A stretch of 55,230 bases of DNA, counting the filler, from Porpidia crustulata (Eukaryota): NCBI GenBank assembly GCA_964255105.1. It is 3 parts of 3 records of this genome, joined end to end, with 100 filler letters (N's around TTAATTAATTAA, not from the genome) between each part and the next. Parts side by side here need not be neighbours in the genome. Positions count along the whole stretch, not along the records: positions 1 to 18,378 come from CAXUWE010000182.1; positions 18,479 to 36,834 come from CAXUWE010000183.1; 1 more part is not named here. One strand, written 5' to 3'. Positions 10,826 through 22,686 of this stretch are shown here, in pieces. The notes beneath the pieces were generated by a model that did no database searches, had not been told where the DNA came from, and saw only the letters and a program-made list of their open reading frames with translations. The position numbers were made by a program, and so were the translations under genes. Numbering within the stretch: position 1 is the stretch's first letter; each line of letters begins with the position of its first letter.

Positions 10826-12545
10826 TCACCAAACCTTGTCATTGTGAGTGGGTCTGCCCCGTTTGGGTCCATGCTGTGCTCGGCCTTTTGCCTCATACTC
10901 CCGCAACAATCTTCGTGCGTTTCCTAGTTCACTTCTGGGCAGCCATGTACTCTTCCAGCGTACCCTGTATTCCGTTCCCGACCTGGTCTCTCTCTTGTCG
11001 AGAATCTTTGTGACTTCCCACTCCTGCTCCTCTACCTCTGCTGGCCCACCAGGACCCTGATGTTGCTCGGTGGCAAGTGGTCTGATGTCGGTAACGCTGG
11101 CGGAACCGACGATGGCTGACGTTCTCCCATTGTGAACATTTGCGTGAACAGACTGCCTTTCACGGTCCTGGAATGAAATGATGCTAGATGAGCATAGGTG
11201 ATCAAAAGACTCGGCGAGTGCATGAGGATTCAAGCAATGATGTGTGTTTGGCTCTTTTGTCGAACAAGAGGTGTTGAGCTGAGTGTCTGCAGTATTAATC
11301 TCAGACACAATGCTTTCTATCTCAGCAGAAATGCCCTCGTCGCTAGTCTTAATGTCCTCGTCCTGCACCACGAACGGATTATCTGCGGAATGTCAGACAT
11401 CATTTCACTTTTGGGTTAAAGGTTCATGTTCTGTACCTACCTTGACTGTCATTAACCTCGCTCGGCTGATTTGAGCTTGCAGTGTTCTCGTGGTCTTGGA
11501 GCGCTCGGTTGTAATAAAGTCCGAGTTCAGGAGGAACTTTGAATACAGGTTGTAGAGTCACTTTCTCCGGTCCCCTATGCTTCTTCAGTGAAGGGAGATC
11601 ATGATCATCGGTGTCGGTTCTGTCCTCATCGGTATCGTCGATCACTATCGAGTCTTCTAGAATTATCAGACGTGCCCACAAGAATCGAGACATCCGCACT
11701 GACCTGAACGCTCACCCTGCGTCTCACGCTTCGAATTGTGTTCACCCAGTCCTGGAAAAGCCAATACCTGTTTGCTTGGTAGCTTAAAGTGCGTCCTGAT
11801 CGGCATGATGTCTGAGTTCTTGTTCCACCCATCGCTAGGCCCGAAGGTTGGTTTAATGGTGTTATTGAGAACTCCGGATGAGTGTTCTGTAAGATTATTA
11901 GACACGTCGAAGTTGAAGTGGATAAAGCCTTACCATGAATCCTGGCTCTGCCGCTTTCGCCCACATCGATTGTGTCTGCCTTGCGCTTGGGGGAATCACA
12001 AAACTCTGGTATGGCCGTTGCCGACATAGGCTCGTCATCGGTAGGGAGCGTTGAGTTCGGCATTCCCCAGGCGGGACGAAGAAATCCGTCAATGTCGAGG
12101 AAATCGTCATCAGACAGAGTTTGGGCAATCTTCTCCAGTGGAAGAGATGTATTCACGTCGGCTTCGGACGAAAGGTTTTGAGGGCTTCCGAAAGGCTCGA
12201 TGGATGGAAGGCAAAGGTCTTTCATGTTATTGGCGTCACTGTCGCCGCCGCCTTGATTATTCTCAGCCCTTTCCGAGTTTTCTGTATCCGTTAGATAAGT
12301 TTCTCATGACGCTGAATTGTAGCAATACCTTCATCCCCGGCTCTGGTATCTCCAGTCAACTTGCTTTGGAGCGGAGGCTCCATTTCGCGATTCGTCTTGA
12401 ACAGATTGTCCAAGCTGTCGCGCTGTATGGTCGCCGTGCGTTTTCCGCCAGCATTACCCAAACTTGGTGGCTTGAGGCTGGGGCGTGGGCTCACTGCCGG
12501 TGGTGGTCGGTAGAAGTGGATGGAGGTCATATCGACGGCAGCCAT
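10826..12545 (-). CDS. Chromodomain protein, multi-exon or frameshifted
   Basis: C-terminal EWEVTKILDKRETRSGTEYRVRWKSTWLPRSELGNARRLLREYE (chromo-like) plus KRGRP AT-hook-like motif; co-oriented upstream pieces 12291-12545, 11626-12225, 11424-11699 are low-complexity/acidic. Confidence 0.7.
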
Positions 12546-14375
12546 CGTGGAATAGAATTGCGAGGGGATCTTCTAAACATGAAAACAATGGAAATCGCTG
12601 CCTATTCTAAGGGGGGCGCAGAGGGATTATATGTCGAGGGCCGTTTGCCGCTCTCGGCACAAAGGTACACCCAATCCCACTGCGAGCCGCACCATGTCTG
12701 CGCTGTTCCTCTAAAGCTTCGTAAGCCCCATCTTGGCTGCACATAACCCTCAAGGGTTGCCCAGCCCCCAACAATTCCTGTTTACCCTCCTTTGTTCTCT
12801 ACCGTCCAATCAACACGCTGTATCCCTCGGGACTATGTGCATCCGGAGGTCTCCACTGTAGCAGCCAGCTGGATCGTCGTCGATCTTCATGGATCAAACC
12901 TCACAGAACGCCTCGCAGAACGCCTCGCGAGACACACAGGTCGTGCGGATTTTCCCCTCTAGAGCTAATCGTCGATGGTCCACCAATAGTCCATGGCCCG
13001 GCATCGGCACGACCGAGACAATCTCCTTCATGAGCTGGGAACTTTCCGCTGCAGATGACAAGGATGAAGGGTGTTCGACAAGAGGGCACAGGACGGCACA
13101 GGAAAGTGTCACCTCTCCCACAGCCCAACTCCCAATCCAGGCAGTGCTGCGCACTGCACATGCATGCTCTCTCTATCGAGCCGCTGCCACGTCAGCACCA
13201 ACTGGTGCCTAACACCCAGCCGAGCTGAACTGGACGAGGCTGCCCCATTGTCGCAAGCCAAGCTACTGCAGGAGATGTCATCAGACCGCTAGCAACAGCA
13301 TCACACCATCCATTCACCGGCGGCACAGTAGGGAACACGCTCGAGGTGGTGTGAGGCATTTATTCGATGGGTCTTGGCGCACAGGCGGTAGCTCTGGGCA
13401 GGCTCCACCTTGCTCGCGCCCTTGTCGTGGCGATGGCGATGGCCCAACACCGCGTGGAAAATAGTTGTCGTGCTAATAGAGCGAGGAGTAAGAGGCCAGC
13501 CGTGGGTAGGAAACTGAAGAACGCTGAGAGAGGAAAACGAGAAGGTCGAGGATGGCTCGAGGAGGCACAGATGAGGGAGGCGAAGGACAGCAATCCAAGA
13601 AACCAGGGGGACAAGTGCGCGCCATCAAACGGGGCAGACCATGAGCAGAACCGCAAGGAACAAATCTCGGTCAGATAGGCGGCGTGAAAACTGGGCCAAT
13701 GAAATCCACCATCGCAAAGATAAGACCTCTCCCAGATGTGGGTCGAGGTCCGAGCGAAGGGTCATGAGACGGGAACAAGGAGTCGACAAAGAACCCAGGC
13801 GAAAGAGACACAGGAGATGAAGAGGAAAGATGAAAGACGATGGGGGACTGGCGATTATTTATGGCCTGGGAAAGCGGCGAGGGGCCGTGCCGGCGCGCTT
13901 TGCCCGATCCGGGGGGGTGCCAAACCCGGCACGGCAAACACCTGAAAGTAAATAACAGAAAAAAAAGAATCTACCGCATGAACAATGGGTTTGTAGAAGA
14001 CGGGGCCTCTACATGATCCTTAGCCATATCTCAAGTTCTAGTATTGAAAGCCTTGTCTTCCAATAACAGACAAGTTGTAAGTCTGCAAGGAACATACTCT
14101 AAAGTTTCTGGAGCACTCGAGATGTGACGAACTCGGGCAAATAATGAGACTCGAGATTCCTGTCGCTGATGTTCACCTGCTGCGCAGAATAAATTACCGC
14201 TAAACTAGCTTTACCCGAGAAGGTATCATTGCATCCCTGTCAGTGTCGGTGGTCAGCTTTCGACGTTCTCAATATCTGGAATATTGGGTTAGTAGCAGTA
14301 CACGCCTAACACAAGAGCCCGGTACAATCAGATCAGAAGCTCTTAAGTATCCATGCCGTGCACTAAGTCACTGAG

Positions 14376-17300
14376 ATGTCCACCCCTAACCCCAGGCGAT
14401 CTATCGATATTCCTGGATCGCCCCGGACAAACCTGTCATCAAACCAGTACCCGTTCCCCCAGTACGATTCTTCAAGTAGGCCTAGCTCTAGGGGACAATA
14501 TGCTACGAGACGAGATTCGGTTGCAAGCTCGGTCACTTCGATTGGAGGAATCTTGGGATCGGCGGTGCAGATTGGGGACCATTCAATAGCAGAGGCTGGG
14601 GGCAATGGTGAGAGCCGAGGTGTTGAGCGGTCAGATGCTGGCAAGACTAATCTTGAAGGAATAGCTATCGCAACCCTCCTTCAGCCTCCCATTATTCGTA
14701 CCGGCCTTCTCCCACAAGGTTTTGGTTCTACGACTCAAAAGCCCCCAACTTCACGAGACATTCCTACAGTCACTTTGACGAATATACCGCATGTCGACCC
14801 GGCAGTATTCCAGCCATATCTAAAGCAAGCAGGCTCCCTTTACGATGCATTCCAACGCGCAAAAGAAGAAAGCGAGGATGGGGCATCACATTTCGCGAGG
14901 AGACCTCGAGCCCCTTCGAAATCGGACCAAGTCGCAGGACTGTTGAAGCAAGGTCACAAGTCTCAGGGAAGTGCGTCGAGCATTACTGGGTCTGAGACCA
15001 TACCTTCTCTACCAGCAACTTCCATAGAAACACCGCAACCGAAAAGAAGAGGTAGCGGTGGCCCCTCTCGCCGTGTGCCGTTGCAGACAACTCCTATCTC
15101 TACTATTCCTACTGTCTACTTCGAGCAGGACTTCCACTTAGAAAATCCAAGAACATTTAATGTCGTCAGTGAACGCTCGGAGATAGTTTCTCCGCCGCCT
15201 GAGACCAACGACTCCGTGATGTCCCGAGGATCCACGAGAAGGAAAGCGCTTGCTACGAATGCCGTGTTGCAAGAGAAGTTGTCGTGGTATATGGATACGG
15301 TTGAAGTCCACCTCATATCATCGATCTCGACTGCATCAACTTCCTTCTTCGCTGCGCTCGGATCTCTGCGGGAGCTGCACCTCGAAGCGTCTGAATCTGT
15401 TGCGAAGATCAAGGCACTGAGAGATGATCTAGGTAAATTAGATCGAAATATGGCCGTTGGTGGGCTTAAGGTTGTTGCTATGTGCAGGCGTCGAGAAAAC
15501 GTGAAGAAGCTTGGTGATGCGGTTCAACAACTCCTGGATATTGTTGAAGCTGTCGCTCGTTGTGAGGAACAAGTTGATAATGGTAGAATCGAAGAGGCTT
15601 TATATGGCTTAGACACGGTAGGAAAGCTTATACGAGGGGAAAACGAAGATCTTGATAGCCTGCATCGAGAGACAAGTCCACACGGTGCCGCTAAGGCATT
15701 AATAGACCTACGCGGTATTAACGCACTGAAGGGTGCAGACGAAGACATGGGATACCTGAGGAGGCGGATAGGGAAAGGGTTCGAATCGAGGTTCCTCGAA
15801 GCGCTTCTTGGAGACATTCGACATCATGTGGATGTTGTCCCCTCGGCTGTTACATTTCAACGATGGGAAAAAGCTTCACCACGAAATCGCGGAAGTCATG
15901 TGCGCACACCTTCTGTCTATCCCGTGTATCTTCATTTCGATGACTCGTTGAGAGCTGCTTTGCGAGCTGATCTGGAAGGCTTGGCGCGATCCGAGACTGT
16001 GATGCCTGCTACAATGGCATACAAAGAAGCGGTCTTGAGAGAAATCAAGTCTTTGATTAGGCGACATCTTCCAAGCTCCAACGATGATGACAACGAATCG
16101 ACAATGTCGGCATCTACCCAAGGTGGACGAACAATGACGCAGCAAGAGAAATCCTCCGTCCTTGCTCGAAATCTCCGATCACTCGATGCCGAAGATGCTG
16201 AAGCTATGTTGAAGAATATCTATTCAAACGTTGGCGAAGGGCTCCGGCGACTTGCAACGCAAGTGAAAGTCTTACTCGATGTCACAAGCAGTCTCGGCAA
16301 CTCTCAACGACCAGCCAGTCTCAAGCTTCTCCGAACTCCACCATCTAATATAGATGAATCCATCAGTAGCGTACCAGGAACTCCGCTGACAAATCCTGCC
16401 ATACCGCATGAAGAAATGCAGCAAGCTCTCGATATGTCCAACCTCCTGGGTCAAGCGGTTGATATCGCCCAAGGCCAAATTACCAAGATACTGAAAGTCC
16501 GGTCGGAGCAGAGTACACATTTGTCTTTACCCAGGTTTTTGAGGTATTTCCATCTCAATCGACTTTTCGCCGACGAATGTGAAGCAGTATCAGGACGCGG
16601 AGGAACTGCACTCAAAACAGTCGTCAATGTTCATATCAAGGATTTCGTATCTCAATTCGGAGACAATGAACGGCAGAGACTTGTGCAAAGTATGGACGCG
16701 GATCGATGGGATGCCAAAGATTTCGCAGACTCGAATTCTCTCATACTTGATCGGATCCTAGAAGCAAGTACAAGAGACATCGAAGCGTGGACCAAAGCTT
16801 GTACAATATGGGAGGAGGACGGAGTTCTGACCAATGGCGAACAGCACACCAACAGTGATATCATTAACGGCACGACGTCCGCAAAGGATAGAGTCCGCAG
16901 TGCTACTATTGACGAGCAGAAGTACATTCTTCCCGAATCAGCCCTTACCGTCCTTGCAGGTATTGAGAGCTTTGCGCAGCTCATCACGGGAATACCAAGT
17001 ATGACGTCGGAGATCACTTCTTCCCTACTGGAATATCTCAAGTTATTTAATTCTCGGTCGTCGCAGCTGATCCTTGGCGCCGGGGCAACAAGGAGCGCGG
17101 GTTTGAAGAACATCACGACCAAGCACCTTGCCTTGGCATCCCAGGCCTTGAGCTTTGTCACCGCACTGACGCCATACGTTCGCGAATTCGTGCGGCGACA
17201 GCCTTCGGGCTCGGGCCAATTGATGACGGAATTCGACAAGGTTAAACGATTGTACCAAGAACACCAGTCCGGGATCAATGACAAACTCGTCGATATCATG

Positions 17301-17837
17301 AGCGGCCGTGCGACTACTCATATCGCCGTCATGAAAAAGATCGACTGGGATAGCCCATCGAATACCGATGCCGCAAACCTGTACATGGAGACTTTGGTCA
17401 AGGAAACCACGACTCTCCACAAGGTGCTCAGCAAACACCTACCGGAAATGACGGTGCGAATGATCATGGAGCCCGTGTTTGCCAGCTACCACGAGCAATG
17501 GGGGAAGGCGTTCCGGGACGTGGAGCTCAAGACGGTAGCTGGCAAGGAACGGTATGTTTTGCTTGATTTCCATCAGAACCAGGGAAATCAACTGCTGACG
17601 ATTGTGGATAGAATGCTCCGGGATGTCGAGCTCTTCAGATCTCGCATCAGCAAGCTCGATGGCGCCGCGGACTTGGGCGATTACCTCGTGGCGCTTGTTA
17701 CCGAGAAGGTTGTCGTTCAGATTGAGCCTCCAGCCTCTCCCACGAAGGAAGTGGAGACTGCCGACGTTGCAGATGGTACCAATGCCTCCACCGAATCGAA
17801 GCCGGAAGATGCTATCAACGGCACCGCAAAGACCTGA
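14376..17837 (+). CDS. VPS54: GARP complex subunit Vps54
   Basis: LQEKLSWYMDTVEVHLISSISTASTSFFAAL and LKLFNSRSSQLILGAGATRSAGLKNITTKHLALASQALSF; in-frame introns 14608-14664 and 17552-17611. Confidence 0.95.
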   Translation: MSTPNPRRSIDIPGSPRTNLSSNQYPFPQYDSSSRPSSRGQYATRRDSVASSVTSIGGILGSAVQIGDHSIAEAGGNGESRGVERSDAGKTNLEGIAIATLLQPPIIRTGLLPQGFGSTTQKPPTSRDIPTVTLTNIPHVDPAVFQPYLKQAGSLYDAFQRAKEESEDGASHFARRPRAPSKSDQVAGLLKQGHKSQGSASSITGSETIPSLPATSIETPQPKRRGSGGPSRRVPLQTTPISTIPTVYFEQDFHLENPRTFNVVSERSEIVSPPPETNDSVMSRGSTRRKALATNAVLQEKLSWYMDTVEVHLISSISTASTSFFAALGSLRELHLEASESVAKIKALRDDLGKLDRNMAVGGLKVVAMCRRRENVKKLGDAVQQLLDIVEAVARCEEQVDNGRIEEALYGLDTVGKLIRGENEDLDSLHRETSPHGAAKALIDLRGINALKGADEDMGYLRRRIGKGFESRFLEALLGDIRHHVDVVPSAVTFQRWEKASPRNRGSHVRTPSVYPVYLHFDDSLRAALRADLEGLARSETVMPATMAYKEAVLREIKSLIRRHLPSSNDDDNESTMSASTQGGRTMTQQEKSSVLARNLRSLDAEDAEAMLKNIYSNVGEGLRRLATQVKVLLDVTSSLGNSQRPASLKLLRTPPSNIDESISSVPGTPLTNPAIPHEEMQQALDMSNLLGQAVDIAQGQITKILKVRSEQSTHLSLPRFLRYFHLNRLFADECEAVSGRGGTALKTVVNVHIKDFVSQFGDNERQRLVQSMDADRWDAKDFADSNSLILDRILEASTRDIEAWTKACTIWEEDGVLTNGEQHTNSDIINGTTSAKDRVRSATIDEQKYILPESALTVLAGIESFAQLITGIPSMTSEITSSLLEYLKLFNSRSSQLILGAGATRSAGLKNITTKHLALASQALSFVTALTPYVREFVRRQPSGSGQLMTEFDKVKRLYQEHQSGINDKLVDIMSGRATTHIAVMKKIDWDSPSNTDAANLYMETLVKETTTLHKVLSKHLPEMTVRMIMEPVFASYHEQWGKAFRDVELKTVAGKERYVLLDFHQNQGNQLLTIVDRMLRDVELFRSRISKLDGAADLGDYLVALVTEKVVVQIEPPASPTKEVETADVADGTNASTESKPEDAINGTAKT

Positions 17838-18319
17838 AGCCAATGCTTTTCACAAGATCCGTACCTGTGTGCCTCCCCTTACTGCTCTTCTCCTACAACC
17901 TACCTCAATCATACCGATCCCCACTCGACATATCATCTCCTCTTCGCAAACTCTCGAACAGCACTACATCCAGCCCCTTCAATCCGCAAGTCAGGTTTAG
18001 CAATCTGTAGCATACCTACCGCATTGCAGCAAACATCGTCATCTTTTTCTTCAATTAGCAAGGCGTTCGGCGTGGGAGATCGGGAGATATTAAGGTAGTG
18101 TCTCTGGGATTATGTGTCTAGATAGATGGGGTTGGGTTGTTGGGAGCGAGTGGGTAATGCATAGCCCCGATTATGCAAGAATATAAATAAATAGGAGTGA
18201 GAGGTGTCAGGGTGTAGTTTTCCGCTGAGCTTTGCAAAGTCACTTTTATTAAAGCTCTATCAAATACCATTATCCTCGAGGAGGTTTTGCCACTTTAGTA
18301 GCAAAGCCACTCCCCTTCT

Positions 18320-18321
<2 letters not shown>

Positions 18322-18370
<49 letters not shown>

Positions 18371-18478
18371 GGGGGGGGNNNNNNNNNNNNNNNNNNNNNN
18401 NNNNNNNNNNNNNNNNNNNNNNTTAATTAATTAANNNNNNNNNNNNNNNNNNNNNNNNNNNNNNNNNNNNNNNNNNNN
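18322..18478. other. Poly-G run plus artificial contig linker (N-TTAATTAATTAA-N)
   Basis: G run 18322-18378 abuts Ns; all-frame stop linker at 18423-18434. Confidence 0.9.
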
Positions 18479-18666
18479 GATGGTGGGAATGTATAGATAG
18501 ATGTGAGAGGGTGGAGTTTAAAAATTTTCTCGTCGTGGTCGTATATCATTGCGTTTTGCTTTACAAATATCAAACATATACGACGAAATGAGATAAAATA
18601 ACAGGTGCCCGCCTTCTCAGTCCAGCAAACATTTACTGCGTTGCAACATTCATCAAATTTCTTCTC

Positions 18667-19595
18667 TCACCCGCTAAAGCACTTGTCATTTCCATTCGGC
18701 TGATGATACAAACAGCAACGATTGTCCTCGTCCGGAGCCGGGGTACTCCCATCCGTACACTTGCATTTGGTCCCGTTGCTGACATGGCTGCAGCTCGGAG
18801 ACGGAGCGGTCGAAGTTGTGGAAGTTGGAGTCGTCGTACTCGTGGAAGCCTGCTTGGGCCGACCGTCGATCTTCAGCTGGGCGAAGATGGCGTTCTTGAT
18901 GGCGGTGTAGCCGGTGTATCTCGGATGAAACGGACGCATCCGCCAGCCGTTGTTGGGCTTGTTGCCGCCGGGCCCCTTGACGCTGTTCCAGGCCGTGATC
19001 GGTTGGCCGTTGAAGGCGTCCCTGGTCTGTTGAGCGGTGACGTTGCCTTTGGCGGCTTGGGGGTTCGGGGCGCCCTGGCCGGTGATTTGCCAGGGGTAGT
19101 TGAGGTTCCAGAGGTAGACGGCGTCGAAGTGGGTGTCGGTGTTGATTTAGTCTTCGTATGTCGCGCCGGGTTCGCAGAAGCGGTGGCCGGCGAAGCCGGC
19201 GTCGATGTCGATGTAGCGGACTTTGGCTTTGTATTTGTCGGATTCGGCGGTGGCTTTGTAGAAGCTGTTGACTTTGCCGACGCGGTCGTTGAAGTCCTGG
19301 CGCAGGTTTTTGCTGAGGTAGGGGTCGACGTTGGACCCTTCCAAGTCGAGTCGGCTTCCATCTGAGGGCCGTGGGATTATTTGGTACGAAGGCAATCGTC
19401 TTTGTTGCCATCATATAGAACGTCGTCCTTGTATGAAACGCCAGACCCCCAGGAATCTTCAACTACACCATATGGCCAAGCTTGCCCAGCTCTCCGGTTC
19501 AATGGAAGATAAGTATCAGGAAGGAAGCTTGCTGCACCGAAGCTCGTAAGACTTAAGAAGCCAATGATGCCGCCAGGGCTTGGCATTGACTTCAT
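18667..19595 (-). pseudogene. SGNH/GDSL-family hydrolase pseudogene with Thr-rich linker and Cys-rich tail
   Basis: Block I-like VEDSWGSGV; IDAGFAGHRFCEPG; RPFHPRYTGYTAI (catalytic His region); TAA stops at 19377 and 19147; frame change and missing middle near 19335. Confidence 0.75.
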
Positions 19596-20854
19596 AACGT
19601 TCAGAGCGTAGGATCAAAGGAGAAAAATTTGTCAAAGCAACGATCTATTGTGCAAATGGATATCGAGTTTCTAGAAATGGTAGGCACACGAATAAGACAC
19701 TTCTCACGAAGGAAACAGACTGCCCGACATTTATGTCCTCTTCGGAGGTCGTACCAACAGTTTTGGCATACAACGAAACAGAATAGAAAGGACTGACTGC
19801 CTGCCGCTGTGCCTTCCTTTTGCAGCGACAGTGATCACGATGCCAAGAATTGGATACGGACAGTCATCCAAGTCTTCAGCTGACAGATTTTCAAGGAGAT
19901 TATCAGATTGAGAGGGGGACAAGATAGGCTCGGCAGCAAGCGCAGCGATATTATCAATGGGTATCAGGCATAGAGCTGAACAGATAGTTGGACATTTCCT
20001 ATTGTAGGAGGCTCTGGATTTTCAAACCGAGACATTCGTACTGTGGTTGAACGACGCTCGATCTTGTGAAGACTTTGAACCTGAAACGACCACATTTGAG
20101 GTAAAAATTGCGAGCTGGGCCACAATCCGTCCAATTTGGTGCAGCCTTGTTTGGGTGGTTGTTTGTCTTATAATAGTCGGCAAGGTCGGGAAATAGAAAC
20201 GATATTAACTGGATTGCACTCTGAACCTATTAGATTGCCATATATATGATGACCATTTGAAACCTTTTTAATGAATGTTGGACTTTGATGTAGGATGCCG
20301 GATTTACAGTGATTAGTCTTGTTTCCAATTCTCTTTGAGTAACCTGGAATTCCGCTTCCAAATTAATGCCGAGGGTGCGAGAAGCAGTAGGGTTAGAGTA
20401 GGGTTGTTGTAACAGTGCCGCAAGTGGTGATCCAGCTCATTTTGTGACTTCTTTCGTACACGAAGTGATCAAAAATCCAGAACGATAACCACTTGATTGA
20501 AGGACGACTTGAAACAAACATTGCCGGCCAGCTCTGCGTAAGCAGGCAGTTAAATGCAGACAAACTGTCAATGTACCTGATTAATTCGGAACAAACTGAT
20601 AGTTTGAGATACAATTGGTATCCAATGACTGTCGAGATGGTCTACTCGGCGTTGTGGTTTCACTACCTAGGCTGTGTAACCAGCTCTCCGCTACAAGTGC
20701 AACCATCAGAGGCTCATACCATCCAGAAAACCCCATTCTCACCGTCACCCTAATGTCCTACCGTTATTCTCCCTTCTCCAATTTTTGATTTAGGAAACCA
20801 TTCAGATTCCGAGCAAGTCTCGTGACAAGATAGAAAGTTTCTATTTTGTAGAGC

Positions 20855-21913
20855 ATGATGCATTCACTAGTTCAGTTGCTCGTTGCTGCTGGCCTCTTCA
20901 GTATAACAGCATGGGCACAAGCAAGGCCTCAAGAAGTATTGAGTGCTTTGGATTAGTCCTCGCAACCTGCGTTCGGCGTCGGCTTCGACCTCACAGCATC
21001 ATACGGATCAGCCGCCGTGAGCTTCTCCAACGGCACAACCGTAACAATCACCAAAATCTCCGCAGAGAGTGGCTACAACGAAGTACTCCAGCGGCTCTCC
21101 CTGGACTCTTCAAAACATCCATCACCACCGTACAATAACCTCGGCGAATCGTGGGACGACATGCCCCGCCAGTATCTGCGCAAAGCGCGCAAGGCTATCG
21201 GTCTACCCACTTCGTCAGACGTCGGCTACCTCGCGACGATTCTTTCTGATCTCCGCACTGCCGTTGAAAACCAAGTTGGACCAATCACATCGGCGGGAGT
21301 GACGACGATGAATTTGACCGCTCTCTACGATGAGGACCTACATGATGCCTTCGAGTATGTAGGTTTAGAGTACATTACCTTCCCGGTGGGATACGTTGGA
21401 CACGATATCCTTTACGAAACCAGCGCTGCGTACGCAGGATACGGGTACGGTCTCTGCGCCGGTTACGATAAAGACCCTGAAGCGTGCAGAAATGAGCAAT
21501 ACAACATGACCGAGGAAACCGTTTTGGCGGTCTTGTACACAGACACTGTGCTTTCAGTCTCGCTGTCCATAATGAAGTCGGCGTATGCGCTGTGGGAGCC
21601 ACCGTATCGGTACCTTGCAGATTTGGACCTTGGACACAATGCAAATGTTGAAATGAATCCGAAGGAGTACTGGAGCACGGTGGAATCGAAACTTCAACAG
21701 ATCATGATCGATAATCCTGGATATGAGCGGCCGAGCAAGGTGTTGTTAATGGGCGACCGTACTGATGATCAAGAATTTCAGGAGACTTTGATGAAAGCGA
21801 TGGGCGCACAAATGAAAGACTTGCCGGAGATCTTGAGCGACGGGACAGTGGGAGTTGCGGCAAGAGGAGTGGCAGAGATGGCGAAGAGGGAGGTCTTTCA
21901 AGCCAAACCGTAA
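20855..21913 (+). pseudogene. Secreted protein with Hsp70/actin-like-fold motifs and one premature TAG
   Basis: Signal peptide MMHSLVQLLVAAGLFSITAWA; TAG at 20954; then GVGFDLTASYGSAAVS, KVLLMGD, VAARGVAEMA in one frame. Confidence 0.6.
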
Positions 21914-22686
21914 ATGGGCCTTGTAGCAGACGGTCGATATAGCGACAGTGCTGGAGTCGCAAGGACGTGTTAATTTGCCTATACAATTGCAGCCGACGTG
22001 TTCAACCATGACCAAAGCCGTAATGTAGGAGTTGTGCTTCCTCTCTCGCTGTCATAGGCGAGATGTGAGCGAACGGATAATCGGAGCTATTTACGTGGCT
22101 ATTAGTGTTTGGAAGTCAATAGCAACGATGGAACGAAGAAGCCATGGAAATGCAAAAAGCGGCGGGCGAGAAAACAAGAGGCAGCCAAATCAAAAACAAA
22201 CTGCTAAACGCATAAAACACAACATTACAGCAACGATGGCTTAAGCACGTCATTCAAATCATCTGTGAAAGGGTAGCGCGAAGCATGGAGTAAGTTCAGG
22301 CTTTTGGCTGTTGCAAGATGATTTTTCTTCGTATTGAAGGCGCCTCCAAGCCTACGGTTTTATGAACTGAACAGGGATTGGCCGTGCCCTACTAGTAATC
22401 CGAGCGAAAGCCTTCGGTGCCCATTTCATCTCACCGGACATTTCTACGGTATGCAGTTCACCTGCAAGAAGCATATCAATGCTGGCGGTGAGCACCTGGT
22501 GCAGTCATGAGCTCCTTTTAGAAATGGCTACCTGAAAGTACTGTCGATCTGCATATATCCCACCCAAGCCAGCCTTATCTTTCACGTTCGCACCAAGACA
22601 CACTTTCTGGAGCTTTACTTCCATACATTCTGCTTCGATCCACCCCTGCCATCCTTCTCCGTGAGGCAAATGTGTACCTTGGTGGC

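Noticed and set aside
12889..13945. Short ORFs as a Starship captain (DUF3435)
   Set aside because: No tyrosine-recombinase-like motifs; the ORFs look like GC- or purine-rich noise.
18204..18434. Poly-glycine ORF / G-quadruplex
   Set aside because: The G run abuts a contig end and N linker, so it is most likely a sequencing artefact.
18423..18434. TTAATTAATTAA palindrome, repeated at 36879-36890
   Set aside because: Synthetic all-frame stop linker embedded in Ns.
18703..19365. 220-aa + strand ORF (and overlapping 18686-19462, 18873-19361)
   Set aside because: Antisense or alternate-frame shadows of the GC-biased SGNH pseudogene.
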